DNA of 32,000 bases from Reyranella sp. Lineage in GTDB: Bacteria; Pseudomonadota; Alphaproteobacteria; Reyranellales; Reyranellaceae. Under the pieces are notes generated by a model that saw nothing but the letters and a program-made list of their open reading frames with translations, was not told the DNA's origin and made no database searches. This document shows, in pieces, positions 1 to 9,582 of this stretch. Positions within the stretch are counted from its first letter, which is position 1; each line of letters begins with the position of its first letter. The translations under genes were made by a program, and so were the position numbers. Location: positions 3,957,281 through 3,989,280 of the forward strand of contig NZ_OZ245801.1 in the NCBI RefSeq assembly GCF_965228225.1, written 5' to 3'.

Positions 1-123
1 TGCGTCTGGGGTGGCGGCACGGCGCGCAAGGAGCATTGGACCGCCCAGAAGAACTGGTGGTACTTCCGCACACCGGCCCGCTCCAACGCCCAGCTTGAAG
101 ACGAGCTCCTCACGGTTCGCTAA
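1..123 (+). CDS. 3' end of an upstream CDS (partial, product unknown)
   Basis: Frame +1 is open from the window edge to TAA at 121-123, with GC3-rich codons. Tail reads ...KEHWTAQKNWWYFRTPARSNAQLEDELLTVR. No motif recognised. Ends 9 nt before the next start. Confidence 0.4.
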   Translation, partial: CVWGGGTARKEHWTAQKNWWYFRTPARSNAQLEDELLTVR

Positions 124-132
124 GACGAAGTC

Positions 133-900
<768 letters not shown>

Positions 901-930
901 AGTTCAAGAAGTCATCCGAGAGGTAGGGAT

Positions 931-1953
931 ATGCGGGCGCTGGTTTGTCATGCCTATGGTCCGATCGACAGTCTCAAGGTCGAGGACATTCCCCAGCCCG
1001 TGCCGAAGGCCGGCGAAGTGCTGGTCAAGGTCCGCGCCGCCGGCGTGAGTTTCGCCGCGATGCTGGGGGTGCAGGGCAAGCACCAGAACAAGCCTGCCCT
1101 GCCCTACGTCCCCGGCAACGAGCTGGCCGGTCATGTCGTGGCGCTGGGCGACGGCGTGACCAATGTGGCGGTCGGCGACCGCATCGCGACAGGGGTCAGC
1201 CAGGGCGCCTTCGCCGAGTACGCGACGGCTGCGGCCGCGAACCTCGTGCCGATCCCCGAGATCATGCCCTATGCCGAGGCGACCAATTTTCCGACGCTCT
1301 ACCCGACTGCCTACGGCGCCCTGAAGTGGAAGGCCGACCTGCAGCCCGGCGAAGTGCTGCTGGTGCACGGCGCGGGCGGCGGCTCGGGCCTCACCGCCAT
1401 CGAGGTCGGCAAGGCGATGGGCGCGATCGTGATCGCCAGCGCCGGCGGCGCCGACAAGCTGAAGGCGGCCCGCGAGGCCGGCGCCGATCACCTGATCGAC
1501 TATCGCTCGGAGGACCTGCGGACCAAGGTGCTGGAATTCACCGGCGGACGTGGCGCCGATGTGATCTACGATCCGGTGGGCGGATCGGCCTTCGATGCCT
1601 CGCTGCGGTGCGTGGCGCCCGAGGGACGCATCATTCCGATGGGCTTCGCCAGCGGCACAGTCCCGCAGATCCCGGCCAATATCCTGCTGGTCAAGAACGT
1701 GACGGTGATCGGCTTCTACTACGGCTACTGGAACGGCTGGGGCGGCAAGGGCGTGCCGTCGCCCAAGGAGGCTCAGGCGCTCGCCAATCGCCGGGCCCTG
1801 GTGGCCGCCGCCCAGAAGGAACTGACGCAGTGGTTCACCGAGGGCAAGCTCAAGGCGACCGTGGCCGCGACCTATGACCTTGCAGATTGGGTGAAGGCGT
1901 TTCGCCTGATCGAGGAGCGCACCGTCGTCGGCAAGGCCGTCTTGGTTCCGTAA
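931..1953 (+). CDS. NADPH:quinone oxidoreductase / zeta-crystallin-like medium-chain dehydrogenase
   Basis: 340 aa. GroES-like N-domain (PGNELAGHVVALGDGV) and Rossmann motif LVHGAGGGSGLTAIEVGK. GAGG-type RBS just upstream of the ATG. Confidence 0.9.
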   Translation: MRALVCHAYGPIDSLKVEDIPQPVPKAGEVLVKVRAAGVSFAAMLGVQGKHQNKPALPYVPGNELAGHVVALGDGVTNVAVGDRIATGVSQGAFAEYATAAAANLVPIPEIMPYAEATNFPTLYPTAYGALKWKADLQPGEVLLVHGAGGGSGLTAIEVGKAMGAIVIASAGGADKLKAAREAGADHLIDYRSEDLRTKVLEFTGGRGADVIYDPVGGSAFDASLRCVAPEGRIIPMGFASGTVPQIPANILLVKNVTVIGFYYGYWNGWGGKGVPSPKEAQALANRRALVAAAQKELTQWFTEGKLKATVAATYDLADWVKAFRLIEERTVVGKAVLVP

Positions 1954-2002
1954 CACGCGGGCGCTTGTCGGTCCCGCTGCCGATCCGGCATAGTTCGTTG
2001 CC

Positions 2003-2380
2003 ATGCCGGTCCAGTGGACGATCTCCAAGCCGCACCGACTCGTGATCGCCGTCGCGCGGGACGAGCTGCGGCTCAGGGACATCGAACAGTATCTCGATGG
2101 CGTGGCCATCGCCGAGGTCCTGCCCTACCGCAAGATCTTCGACATGACGCACGCCACGGTGATGCTGAACGACGCCGACATGATGGCGCTCGGGGCGCGC
2201 ATCCGCGCCTATCTCCAGGTGAGCAAGCTCGGCCCCCTCGCCATCGTCGCGGTCACCGACCATGCCTACCAGCAGGCCAGCCTGTTCGAGGTGCTGGCCC
2301 AGGGCGACCGCCCGGTGAAGATCTTCCGCGAGCTGCATCATGCCCGCGAATGGCTGGATGGGTTCGACGCCGACTCCTAG
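2003..2380 (+). CDS. hypothetical protein (125 aa, possibly STAS/SpoIIAA-like fold)
   Basis: Balanced amino-acid composition and strong GC3 codon bias, unlike the overlapping shadow ORFs. No catalytic motif recognised and the RBS is weak. Confidence 0.6.
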   Translation: MPVQWTISKPHRLVIAVARDELRLRDIEQYLDGVAIAEVLPYRKIFDMTHATVMLNDADMMALGARIRAYLQVSKLGPLAIVAVTDHAYQQASLFEVLAQGDRPVKIFRELHHAREWLDGFDADS

Positions 2381-2408
2381 AGTCTTTCCGTTTTACATTC
2401 ACCCACCA

Positions 2409-2518
2409 CCTCATCCTGAGGAGCCTTGCACAGCACGGCGTCTCGAAGGATGGGCAAACGATGGGGTGCGCGTGCCCACCCTTCGAGACGCTCACTGCGT
2501 TCGCTCCTCAGGGTGAGG
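2409..2518. repeat. REP-like nested palindromic element (two-tier stem)
   Basis: Outer arms are CCTCATCCTGAGGAGC (2409-2424) and GCTCCTCAGGGTGAGG (2503-2518). Inner arms are GCGTCTCGAAGGATGGG and CCCACCCTTCGAGACGC. Each tier has one mismatch. Lies between convergent genes. Confidence 0.8.
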
Positions 2519-2586
2519 TCAGTGTTGAGATGCTCGGCTCGATTCTATCTCGTCCGGAAACGCTCTAGAAGCGCGGCTGCGCGCGA

Positions 2587-3396
2587 TCAGGCCGGCCACA
2601 CCTTGGGAAAGGTCTCGCATTCGAGCCGGTCGCCGGGCTTCAGCCCATGGCCCTCGATCGGCGGGGAAATCTGTCCGGCGCGCGCGCCGTAGCGGGCATC
2701 GTCGCCGCACCAGCGCGTCGCCCAGGCACGGCGGCGACGGGCGCTCGAACGGTTGCCCGAAGCGCCGTGAAGGGTGAGCGCATGGAAGGCGATGACGTCG
2801 CCCGGCTCCATGTCCCAGGCGAGGAACTCGTGTTCGCCGCGCTCGGCATCGAGATCGGGCAGCGGCTCGAAGCGGCTGTCCTGGACCTGCAGGTCGACGC
2901 CGCCCTGCTTGAAGAACTTGGGCTGGAACCAGCGGCCCCAGCGGTGCGAGCCCTTCACGTATTCGACGCAGGTCTCGCGGTCGACCGGATCGAGCGGCGT
3001 CCACAGCGAGATCACCTGCTCGCCGTCGATCGGATAGTAGGGCTGGTCGTGATGCCAGGGCGTGCGCTCCTGCGTTCCCGGCTCCTTCACCAGCAGATGG
3101 TCGTGATAGTAGACGACCTCCTGCGAGCCCATGAGCCGGGCCACGATCTCGCGCGCGGGCGATTCGTAGACGAAGGCGCGGGCCGCGGGGTGGCGCTGCC
3201 ACAGCTGGAAGTCGACGAAGAACAGGCCGGGCGCGCCCTGGGGCGTGTTGATCCGCACCATCGGCCCCGGACTCTTCATGTCGTCGTCCACCGCCGCCCG
3301 CATCCGTTCGATCCATTCCATCGGAATGGCGTTGCGCAGGCAGACCGCGCCATCCTCGCGGTAGCGGGCGATCTCGGCGTCGGTTGGCATCGGCAT
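2587..3396 (-). CDS. phytanoyl-CoA dioxygenase (PhyH) family Fe(II)/2-oxoglutarate oxygenase
   Basis: 269 aa. PhyH-like layout with TPWHHDQPYYP (HxD iron motif) and a distal FHALTLHGASGN His. 6-nt gap to the upstream MaoC gene. Confidence 0.85.
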   Translation of the reverse strand: MPMPTDAEIARYREDGAVCLRNAIPMEWIERMRAAVDDDMKSPGPMVRINTPQGAPGLFFVDFQLWQRHPAARAFVYESPAREIVARLMGSQEVVYYHDHLLVKEPGTQERTPWHHDQPYYPIDGEQVISLWTPLDPVDRETCVEYVKGSHRWGRWFQPKFFKQGGVDLQVQDSRFEPLPDLDAERGEHEFLAWDMEPGDVIAFHALTLHGASGNRSSARRRRAWATRWCGDDARYGARAGQISPPIEGHGLKPGDRLECETFPKVWPA

Positions 3397-3402
3397 CGGA
3401 CG

Positions 3403-3861
3403 TCAGCTTCCCTGCAGCATGCGCAGCGGCGTGTAGATCAGGACCGTCTCGCCCTTCTGGTTCTTGACCAGGTTGGTGGTCCGCACCAGCGCGCGCATCG
3501 GGTCCTTGGAAGTCGGCTTGATCTCGGTGATCTCGATCTCGACGTGGATCGTGTCGTTCACATAGGTCGGGCCCTTGATGTCGAAGCCCATCGACAGGAA
3601 GGCGAGGCCCGTCCCCTGCAAGGTGGTGGGGATCACCAGGCCTTCGGCCATGGAATAGACCAGCGCGCCCGGCACGGGATGGCCGCCGCGCATCGGCGCA
3701 TGCTCGCGAATGTACTCCCGGTTCGTGAACAGCTCCTCGGAAAAGCCGCAAAGGGTCACGAAATTCAGGAGATCGGCCTCGAAGATCGTTCGGCCATAGG
3801 TGACGAACTTGTCGCCGACCTTGAGGTCGCGCCAGTTCCAGCCTTCTCCGAGCTGCTTCAT
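3403..3861 (-). CDS. MaoC-like (R)-hydratase / hotdog-fold dehydratase
   Basis: 152 aa. N-terminal LKVGDKF...GRTIFEADLLNFVTLCG and hotdog-fold pattern typical of the MaoC dehydratase domain. Confidence 0.85.
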   Translation of the reverse strand: MKQLGEGWNWRDLKVGDKFVTYGRTIFEADLLNFVTLCGFSEELFTNREYIREHAPMRGGHPVPGALVYSMAEGLVIPTTLQGTGLAFLSMGFDIKGPTYVNDTIHVEIEITEIKPTSKDPMRALVRTTNLVKNQKGETVLIYTPLRMLQGS

Positions 3862-3873
3862 GGGGTCGTTCCC

Positions 3874-4056
3874 TCAGTGGGCGTGGGCGAGAGTTACGCC
3901 TTCGCGCAGCTTGTAGAGCCTGCTGCAATAAGGACACTCGACGTGTCCTTCCGGGCCCAGGTTGAGGTACACTTTGGGATGGCCCAACGCGCCGCCACCG
4001 CCATCGCAGGCGACGCGGTCAGTATCGACAGTGATGACTTCAAACGGCTCCGTCAC
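3874..4056 (-). CDS. zinc-finger (zf-CHCC / NDUFS6-like) domain protein
   Basis: Motif VACDGGGGALGHPKVYLNL...VECPYCSRLY. I prefer the GTG start at 4056, which has AGGAG (4064-4068 on the complement) 7 nt upstream. The track ORF extends to ATG 4110. Confidence 0.7.
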   Translation of the reverse strand: MTEPFEVITVDTDRVACDGGGGALGHPKVYLNLGPEGHVECPYCSRLYKLREGVTLAHAH

Positions 4057-5101
4057 GATCCCACTCCTGTTACGCCGGCGAATGATAGCGGTCTCCGCCG
4101 CCGCGGTCATGCTCTCAGCCTGCGCCCCGACGGTGGTTCCGGCGGGCGGCCCCGTCCAGGCGCCGCGGCTGACCGACGACCGTTATGTCGCGGCGGACGG
4201 GACTTCGCTACCGCTGTCGGTCTGGCCTGCGGCAAACGGCGCCCCCAAGGCGGTCATCCTGGCCCTGCACGGGTTCGGCGACTACCGCATGGCCTGGGAG
4301 GAACCGGCCGGGACCTGGTCCGGCGCCGGGATCACGACATATGCCTATGACCAGCGCGGCTTCGGCGGCAGCCCCTCCCGCGGCCGCTGGCCCGGCACGG
4401 ACACCCTGGTCGACGATGCCAGGACGGTGGCAGCCCTGGTGCGCGCCCGCCATCCCGGCGTGCCCTTCTACCTCGCCGGCGAGAGCATGGGGGGGGCGGT
4501 GGTGCTGGTGGCCGCCGATCGCGGGGCCGAGTCGGACGGGCTGGTCCTGTCGGCCGCGGCCGTCCGTTCGCGCGATACGTTCGGGCCGGTGGCCAGCGCC
4601 GGCCTGTGGTTCTTCGCCCACACCATCCCCTGGATGCCGGCCGGCCCGACCTCGATCGACTACAAGCCGACCGACAATCCCAAGACCATCGACAAGCTGC
4701 GCAACGACCCGATGATGCTGCGCCAGCCCCGCCTCGACATGGCCTACGGGCTGGTCGACCTGATGGACGACGCCCGCGCCTCCGCCGCCCGGGTCAAGGA
4801 ACCCTATCTCATGATGTACGGGCTGGGCGACCGCATCGTCCCGCAGGCGCCGGTCAAGGCGGCGATCGAGATCATGCCGCCGCGGCCCGATTCAAAGCTC
4901 GCCTTCTACAAGGAAGGCTACCACCTGCTGATGCGCGACAAGGCCGGACCGGCCGTGACGGAAGATGTCGCGGCATGGATCTCAAATCACGAAGCCCAAC
5001 TTCCGTCGGGCGCCGACGCCTCGAAATCCCTGCCCGAAATGGCGAGCCTCTGGGGATCCAAGCGCAACGGTCAGGCGAGCGCTAGGCCCCGCAGCGAATG
5101 A
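4034..5101 (+). CDS. alpha/beta hydrolase (lysophospholipase/monoacylglycerol-lipase-like), probable lipoprotein
   Basis: Has HGFGDY, the nucleophile elbow GESMGG, and a lipobox LSAC preceded by RRR. Start is uncertain: ATG 4034 gives a charged n-region, ATG 4082 is the alternative, and the track start 3962 is unlikely. Confidence 0.8.
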   Translation: MTSNGSVTIPLLLRRRMIAVSAAAVMLSACAPTVVPAGGPVQAPRLTDDRYVAADGTSLPLSVWPAANGAPKAVILALHGFGDYRMAWEEPAGTWSGAGITTYAYDQRGFGGSPSRGRWPGTDTLVDDARTVAALVRARHPGVPFYLAGESMGGAVVLVAADRGAESDGLVLSAAAVRSRDTFGPVASAGLWFFAHTIPWMPAGPTSIDYKPTDNPKTIDKLRNDPMMLRQPRLDMAYGLVDLMDDARASAARVKEPYLMMYGLGDRIVPQAPVKAAIEIMPPRPDSKLAFYKEGYHLLMRDKAGPAVTEDVAAWISNHEAQLPSGADASKSLPEMASLWGSKRNGQASARPRSE

Positions 5102-5399
5102 CGACCGAGGCGGCGCCGCGGATCTCCGACATGTCGCCGCGCGTCGGCATGTTTTCCATCTTCAGCGTGGTGTAATCGCCGCCCGTAGCGCCACACATCG
5201 CGACCGCACGCGTCTGACAGGCGCCGGGTTCCTTGCAGCTGATGGCGATGGCGGGCTTGCCATCGGTCCAGGTGACCTGGGTCGCATTCGTTTCCGTCCG
5301 GGAGTCGGGGCCGGGCGTGCTTTTCGCCATGCCGCAGGCCGCGACCAGGCTTGCGATGCCCATCACGAACACCCACTGCATCGTCGATCGCGTCGTCAT
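5082..5399 (-). CDS. small Cys-rich lipoprotein, unknown function
   Basis: Internal ATG at 5399 preceded by GGGGGAGAG. Signal plus lipobox MQWVFVMGIASLVAAC, and four further Cys residues. The 3' end overlaps the convergent hydrolase by 20 nt. Confidence 0.6.
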   Translation of the reverse strand: MTTRSTMQWVFVMGIASLVAACGMAKSTPGPDSRTETNATQVTWTDGKPAIAISCKEPGACQTRAVAMCGATGGDYTTLKMENMPTRGDMSEIRGAASVVIRCGA

Positions 5400-5496
5400 T
5401 TGCTCTCCCCCTTGGCCTCCCTGAAGGAGACGATCGACAGTACCTCGCGCCGCCGGACAGGTGCAAGGTCGCCCGATTCGTGTCCTACTGCGCAGC

Positions 5497-5784
5497 ATGA
5501 ACACCCGACTAGGGATCGTGATCTCGTGCGCCCTCGCGGGCTTGGCACTGCCCGCTGCATGGGGACACGCGCAGCAGGGCAACGAGCAGCTGGCGGCGCG
5601 CTGCGCCCAGCTCGGCGCGCTCTACGATCGTTACAACACGCAGCGCGGCGAAGGCTCGAGCGGCCCCAATCTGGCGCGCCTCGGGGCCGGCGTCGACTGC
5701 CAGAAGGGCCGATACGAGCAGGGCATCAAGGCGCTGGAGGAACTCCTGCAGCGCAACCGGATTCCCTACCCGCCGGCCGGCTGA
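5497..5784 (+). CDS. small secreted protein, unknown function
   Basis: ATG 5497. Sec-type signal MNTRLGIVISCALAGLALPAAWGHA. 95 aa with two Cys in the mature part. GC3-rich. Confidence 0.55.
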   Translation: MNTRLGIVISCALAGLALPAAWGHAQQGNEQLAARCAQLGALYDRYNTQRGEGSSGPNLARLGAGVDCQKGRYEQGIKALEELLQRNRIPYPPAG

Positions 5785-5788
5785 AGGA

Positions 5789-6316
5789 CTACTTGCCCTT
5801 CAGCTTGAAGTCGCGCCACAGCACGATGCCGCTGGCATTGTCGAGCGCCATGCCGTCGAGCTGCTTCCTCAGCTCATAGGCCGTCGGGCGCCAGATGAGC
5901 GTGCTCTCGCCGCTCGCGCCCTCGAAGCGGCCGGTGCCGCCCGTCAGCCTGAACGTGCCGCGACAGCCGACGAGCTCGTAGCCGGCGCACTCCCACTCGC
6001 CCCAGGCGGTCGCGCCGTCGTACGCCGTGAAGGTGCAGGCACCCGCCGCGCTGGTCTTGCGGCTGCCCTGGTCGATCTTCGACGACAGGGCGCAGCCGAC
6101 GCGACCCGCTTGCTGCGGCCCCTCGTCGGTCTCGATGAACATTGGCCCGGCGAGGCTCCCCGCCACGACGAGCTGCTTCTCGGCGGCCCGCACGACCGAT
6201 CCATTGGCGAGCACCACCGCGAAGGCATTGAAGGTCTGTGTCTCGTCCTGCGCGACGGCCGGAGCGGCGGACAGGAGAACCAGGGCGCCCGCGAGGGCGC
6301 GGCTGAACATCGTCAT
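5789..6316 (-). CDS. secreted protein, unknown function (GGTGRFEGASG motif, dirigent/AOC-barrel-like?)
   Basis: Internal start MTMFSRALAGALVLLSAAPAVAQ (signal peptide) at 6316. Five Cys in the mature part. 8-nt gap to the upstream gene. Confidence 0.65.
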   Translation of the reverse strand: MTMFSRALAGALVLLSAAPAVAQDETQTFNAFAVVLANGSVVRAAEKQLVVAGSLAGPMFIETDEGPQQAGRVGCALSSKIDQGSRKTSAAGACTFTAYDGATAWGEWECAGYELVGCRGTFRLTGGTGRFEGASGESTLIWRPTAYELRKQLDGMALDNASGIVLWRDFKLKGK

Positions 6317-6324
6317 GGGCCGCC

Positions 6325-6789
6325 TCACTTGAAGTCGATGATGACGGCATCGGCGCCGAGCGACACGGCCAGGCCCTGGCGGCGCGTCTTCAGGTCGATC
6401 ATCACGCCGTTGGTGTTTTCGAGCCACATCTCGCCCTTGCCCTTGTCGCCGTAGGCCGTGCCGTAGCGCGCCTGGCCGTAGGCGCCCGGGAATTGGCGCA
6501 GCTCCTTCAGATTGTAGACGTCGCCATAGGCTTCCATCTTCGAGACGCCGAACCCGCCGACACCAAGGCCGCCGACCGAGAACCGGTAGCTGCGGCCTTC
6601 ATAGTGCAACGTGCCACTGCCGACATTGCCGCTACCGAAGAAGGCCACCTGGACCTGCTCGATGTTGACGGTTCCGGACTTGACCCGCTGCTGGGCGATC
6701 GCCGGCGCCGCCAGCACCGTTCCAACCACCCCGACGGACCCGATCAGCGCCTGTCGGCGCCCCAGCAGCCCTGATTTCTTAACGCTCAT
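6325..6789 (-). CDS. Tat-signal exported Gly-rich protein, unknown function
   Basis: Internal ATG 6789 with GGGGAGAG RBS. Twin-arginine signal GLLGRRQALIGSVGVVGTVLAAPAIA. Family not recognised with confidence. Confidence 0.65.
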   Translation of the reverse strand: MSVKKSGLLGRRQALIGSVGVVGTVLAAPAIAQQRVKSGTVNIEQVQVAFFGSGNVGSGTLHYEGRSYRFSVGGLGVGGFGVSKMEAYGDVYNLKELRQFPGAYGQARYGTAYGDKGKGEMWLENTNGVMIDLKTRRQGLAVSLGADAVIIDFK

Positions 6790-6820
6790 CCAACTCTCCC
6801 CGATCAGCCGTCGTCCCTCA

Positions 6821-7201
6821 TCACTCACCGACGACGGCCGTGGCCTCAATTTCGACCAGCAGGCCCGGCACTGCAAGGGCACTCACCGCCACCAGCGTCG
6901 ATGTGACAACCGCGCCCTTCAGCGACTTGCCCAGGGCGGTCGTCACGGCGCCCATGTCGCGAATGTCGGTCACGTAGATCGTCGTCCGCACGAGGTCGCC
7001 GAGCTTCGCCCCGGCGGACTTCAGCCCGGCCTCGATCTTGCGCATGGTGATCATGGTCTGCTGGGCGGCATCCTTGCCCTGCACCTGCCCCTTGGGATTG
7101 AGCGAGGTCGTGCCCGACACGAACACGAACGGACCGCTCTTGATGGTGCGCACGTAGAAGCCCGCCACTTCGGTGCCGTCGGGAAAGACTTTCTTGGCCA
7201 T
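6821..7201 (-). CDS. RidA/YjgF/L-PSP family enamine/imine deaminase
   Basis: Start MAKKVFPDG at 7201. Typical RidA pattern ...FVFVSGTTS...IYVTDIRDM...LVEIEATAV. Confidence 0.9.
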   Translation of the reverse strand: MAKKVFPDGTEVAGFYVRTIKSGPFVFVSGTTSLNPKGQVQGKDAAQQTMITMRKIEAGLKSAGAKLGDLVRTTIYVTDIRDMGAVTTALGKSLKGAVVTSTLVAVSALAVPGLLVEIEATAVVGE

Positions 7202-7272
7202 GCCGTGCTCCAGCTTCGATGCGCTATGGTGGCATTTTAGGCGGCCGTTCGCGCCGGGCAAAGGAGGAAGCC

Positions 7273-8016
7273 GTGTCACTCGATCGCTATCGTACCGCCA
7301 TCGTCACCGGGGCGAGCCGCGGCATCGGCGCGGCCGTCGTCCGCGAACTCACGATCGGCGGGCTCGACGTCTATGCCGTCGCCCGCTCGACCGAGGACCT
7401 GACGGAACTGGCGCAGGAAACCGGCTGCCGGCCGATGGCGCTCGACATCTCCCATCGCGACGCGGTGCTGAGCGCCCTGGGCGCGCTCGATGCCGACATC
7501 CTGGTCAACAACGCCTCGGCCCCGGTGCGCGGCGGCGTCTCGTGGGAGACCGCGCCCGACGACATCGCCACCCTGATGGACGTGAACCTGCGCGGCACGC
7601 TCAACTGCCTGGCCGCCGTCGTGCCCGGCATGCGGGGGCGCGGTCTCGGCCACATCGTCAATCTCGGCTCGACGTCGGGCACCTGGGCGCTGCCCGGCAT
7701 GCCGGTCTATGCCATGACCAAGGCCGCCATCCACAATCTCAGCCAGACGCTGCGCCTCGACCTGCACGGGTCGGGCGTGCGGGTGACCGAGATCTCGCCG
7801 GGCCGGGTCGAGACGGGCGCCCATCTCGGCCTGATGGAGGATCGCGAGGAAGGACGGCGCCGCTTCTACGAAGGCTTCGAGACGCTGCAGCCGACCGACA
7901 TCGCCGAGGCGGTCATGTTCGTGCTGGGCGCGCCGCAGCGCATGGATGTGAGCTTCATGGAGATCGTGCCCACCGACCAGTCGTATGGCGGCTCGCAATT
8001 CCATCGCCGGCGCTGA
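7273..8016 (+). CDS. SDR family oxidoreductase
   Basis: GTG 7273 preceded by AAGGAGGA (7261-7268). Has TAIVTGASRGIGAAV (TGxxxGxG) and YAMTKAA (YxxxK). Confidence 0.9.
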   Translation: MSLDRYRTAIVTGASRGIGAAVVRELTIGGLDVYAVARSTEDLTELAQETGCRPMALDISHRDAVLSALGALDADILVNNASAPVRGGVSWETAPDDIATLMDVNLRGTLNCLAAVVPGMRGRGLGHIVNLGSTSGTWALPGMPVYAMTKAAIHNLSQTLRLDLHGSGVRVTEISPGRVETGAHLGLMEDREEGRRRFYEGFETLQPTDIAEAVMFVLGAPQRMDVSFMEIVPTDQSYGGSQFHRRR

Positions 8017-8067
8017 AATCCGGCACGTCGCTTGCAGCGCGATCGTCCGTCTATCAATCAGGGAATC

Positions 8068-9579
8068 ATGGACCTCAAGAACCTCGCCGCCATCCTCGAC
8101 CCGCAGGCGCCGGCCGACCGCCCCTTCATCATCCAGGTTTCGCCCGAGGGCGACGAACAGCTGCGTCTGGGCTACGGCGAGGCGCGGCTGCGCATCGCCG
8201 CCCTGGCGCGCGGCCTGCTGAAGCGCGGGCTCAAACGCGGCGAGGCCGTGGCCATCGTCGCGGCCAACAGCGCCGACTATCTCGTGCTCTACATGGCCAC
8301 CATGGCGGCCGGGCTCGTGTCGGTCTGCGTCAATCACAAGCTGCCGCGCGAGACGGTGGCGCACATCATGACGGACTCGTCCGTCAAGCTGGCGATCGCC
8401 GACGCCGAGCGCGCGCCGCTGGTCGGTGCGGTGGTGCCGACCGTCGCGATGGAGGAACTCGACGGTCTGCTGGACGCAGGTCCGTTCGAGCCGGCCGACA
8501 TGGCGCCCGAAGAAGTCGCCATGATCCTCTACACGTCGGGCTCCACCGGCCTGCCCAAGGGCGTGCCGCTGACGCATGGCGGCTACCTCTGGGCGACCGG
8601 CGCCACGCCCGAGCAGCGGCCCGGCATCGAGGGCCAGAAGATCATCATCGCCGCGCCGCTGTTCCACATGAACGGCCTGTTCAGCGCCAAGATGGCGATG
8701 ATCAACGGCGGCACGATCGTGCTGATGACGAATTTCACCGCCCGCGGCTTCATCCGTGCCATCGACCGCAATCGCGTCGCGATGATCACCTCGGTGCCGA
8801 CCATGCTGGCGCTGGTGATGCGCGAGACGGAGGAACTGGCCAAGGCGGACCTCGGCTGCGTCACCACGGCGGTGACCGGCTCGGCGCCCTCGACGGCGGA
8901 ATTCTTCGAGCAGATGCACCGGATGTTCCCCAATGCCGAGACGGCCAACAGCTGGGGCACCACGGAGTCCGGCCCGCTGGGCTTCGGGCCGCACCCCGAC
9001 GGCATCGCCAAGCCCATGGGATCGCTGGGCTATCCGCGCGCCAACATCGAGGTGAAGTTCGTCGGCGGCGCAGAGACCGGCGCCACGCAGGGCGTGCTGC
9101 ACATCCGCACGCCGGCGCTGATGAGCGGCTATCTCAACCGCGAGGCCGACACGAAGAAGCGCCTGATCGACGGCTGGTACGACACCGGCGACGTGATGCG
9201 CCGCGACGAGAACGGCTTCGTCTTCTTCGTCGGCCGCGCCGACGACATGTTCCAGTGCGCCGGCGAGAACGTCTATCCGGGCGAGGTCGAGAAGCTGCTG
9301 GGCCAGCATCCCGACGTGGCCCAGGCCTGCGTCGTGCCGGTGCCGGACGAGATCAAGTACCAGCTCCCGGTCGCGTTCGTCGTCGCCAAGCCGGGTGCGT
9401 CACCGACGGAAGAAGCCTTGCGCCGTTTCGCCCTCGACAACGGTCCCGCCTACGCCCATCCCCGCGCGGTGTGGTTCGTCGACGAGCTGCCACTCGCGGG
9501 AACCAACAAGATCGACCGCAAGACCCTGGTCGACCGCGCCGTCGCGACCTACGCGCGCGACGGCGCGAAGCGTGTCTGA
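8068..9579 (+). CDS. AMP-dependent acyl-CoA synthetase/ligase
   Basis: AMP-binding signature YTSGSTGLPKGV, plus WYDTGD, GRADDM and C-terminal KIDRK. ATG 8068 is preferred over the TTG at 8032. Confidence 0.9.
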   Translation: MDLKNLAAILDPQAPADRPFIIQVSPEGDEQLRLGYGEARLRIAALARGLLKRGLKRGEAVAIVAANSADYLVLYMATMAAGLVSVCVNHKLPRETVAHIMTDSSVKLAIADAERAPLVGAVVPTVAMEELDGLLDAGPFEPADMAPEEVAMILYTSGSTGLPKGVPLTHGGYLWATGATPEQRPGIEGQKIIIAAPLFHMNGLFSAKMAMINGGTIVLMTNFTARGFIRAIDRNRVAMITSVPTMLALVMRETEELAKADLGCVTTAVTGSAPSTAEFFEQMHRMFPNAETANSWGTTESGPLGFGPHPDGIAKPMGSLGYPRANIEVKFVGGAETGATQGVLHIRTPALMSGYLNREADTKKRLIDGWYDTGDVMRRDENGFVFFVGRADDMFQCAGENVYPGEVEKLLGQHPDVAQACVVPVPDEIKYQLPVAFVVAKPGASPTEEALRRFALDNGPAYAHPRAVWFVDELPLAGTNKIDRKTLVDRAVATYARDGAKRV

Positions 9580-9582
9580 CTT

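Noticed and set aside
2519-4350. ORFs 2519..3937 (-, 472 aa) and 2647..4350 (+, 567 aa)
   Set aside because: Shadow frames over the PhyH, MaoC and zf-CHCC genes, with Arg/Pro/Gly-rich composition and no recognisable domains.
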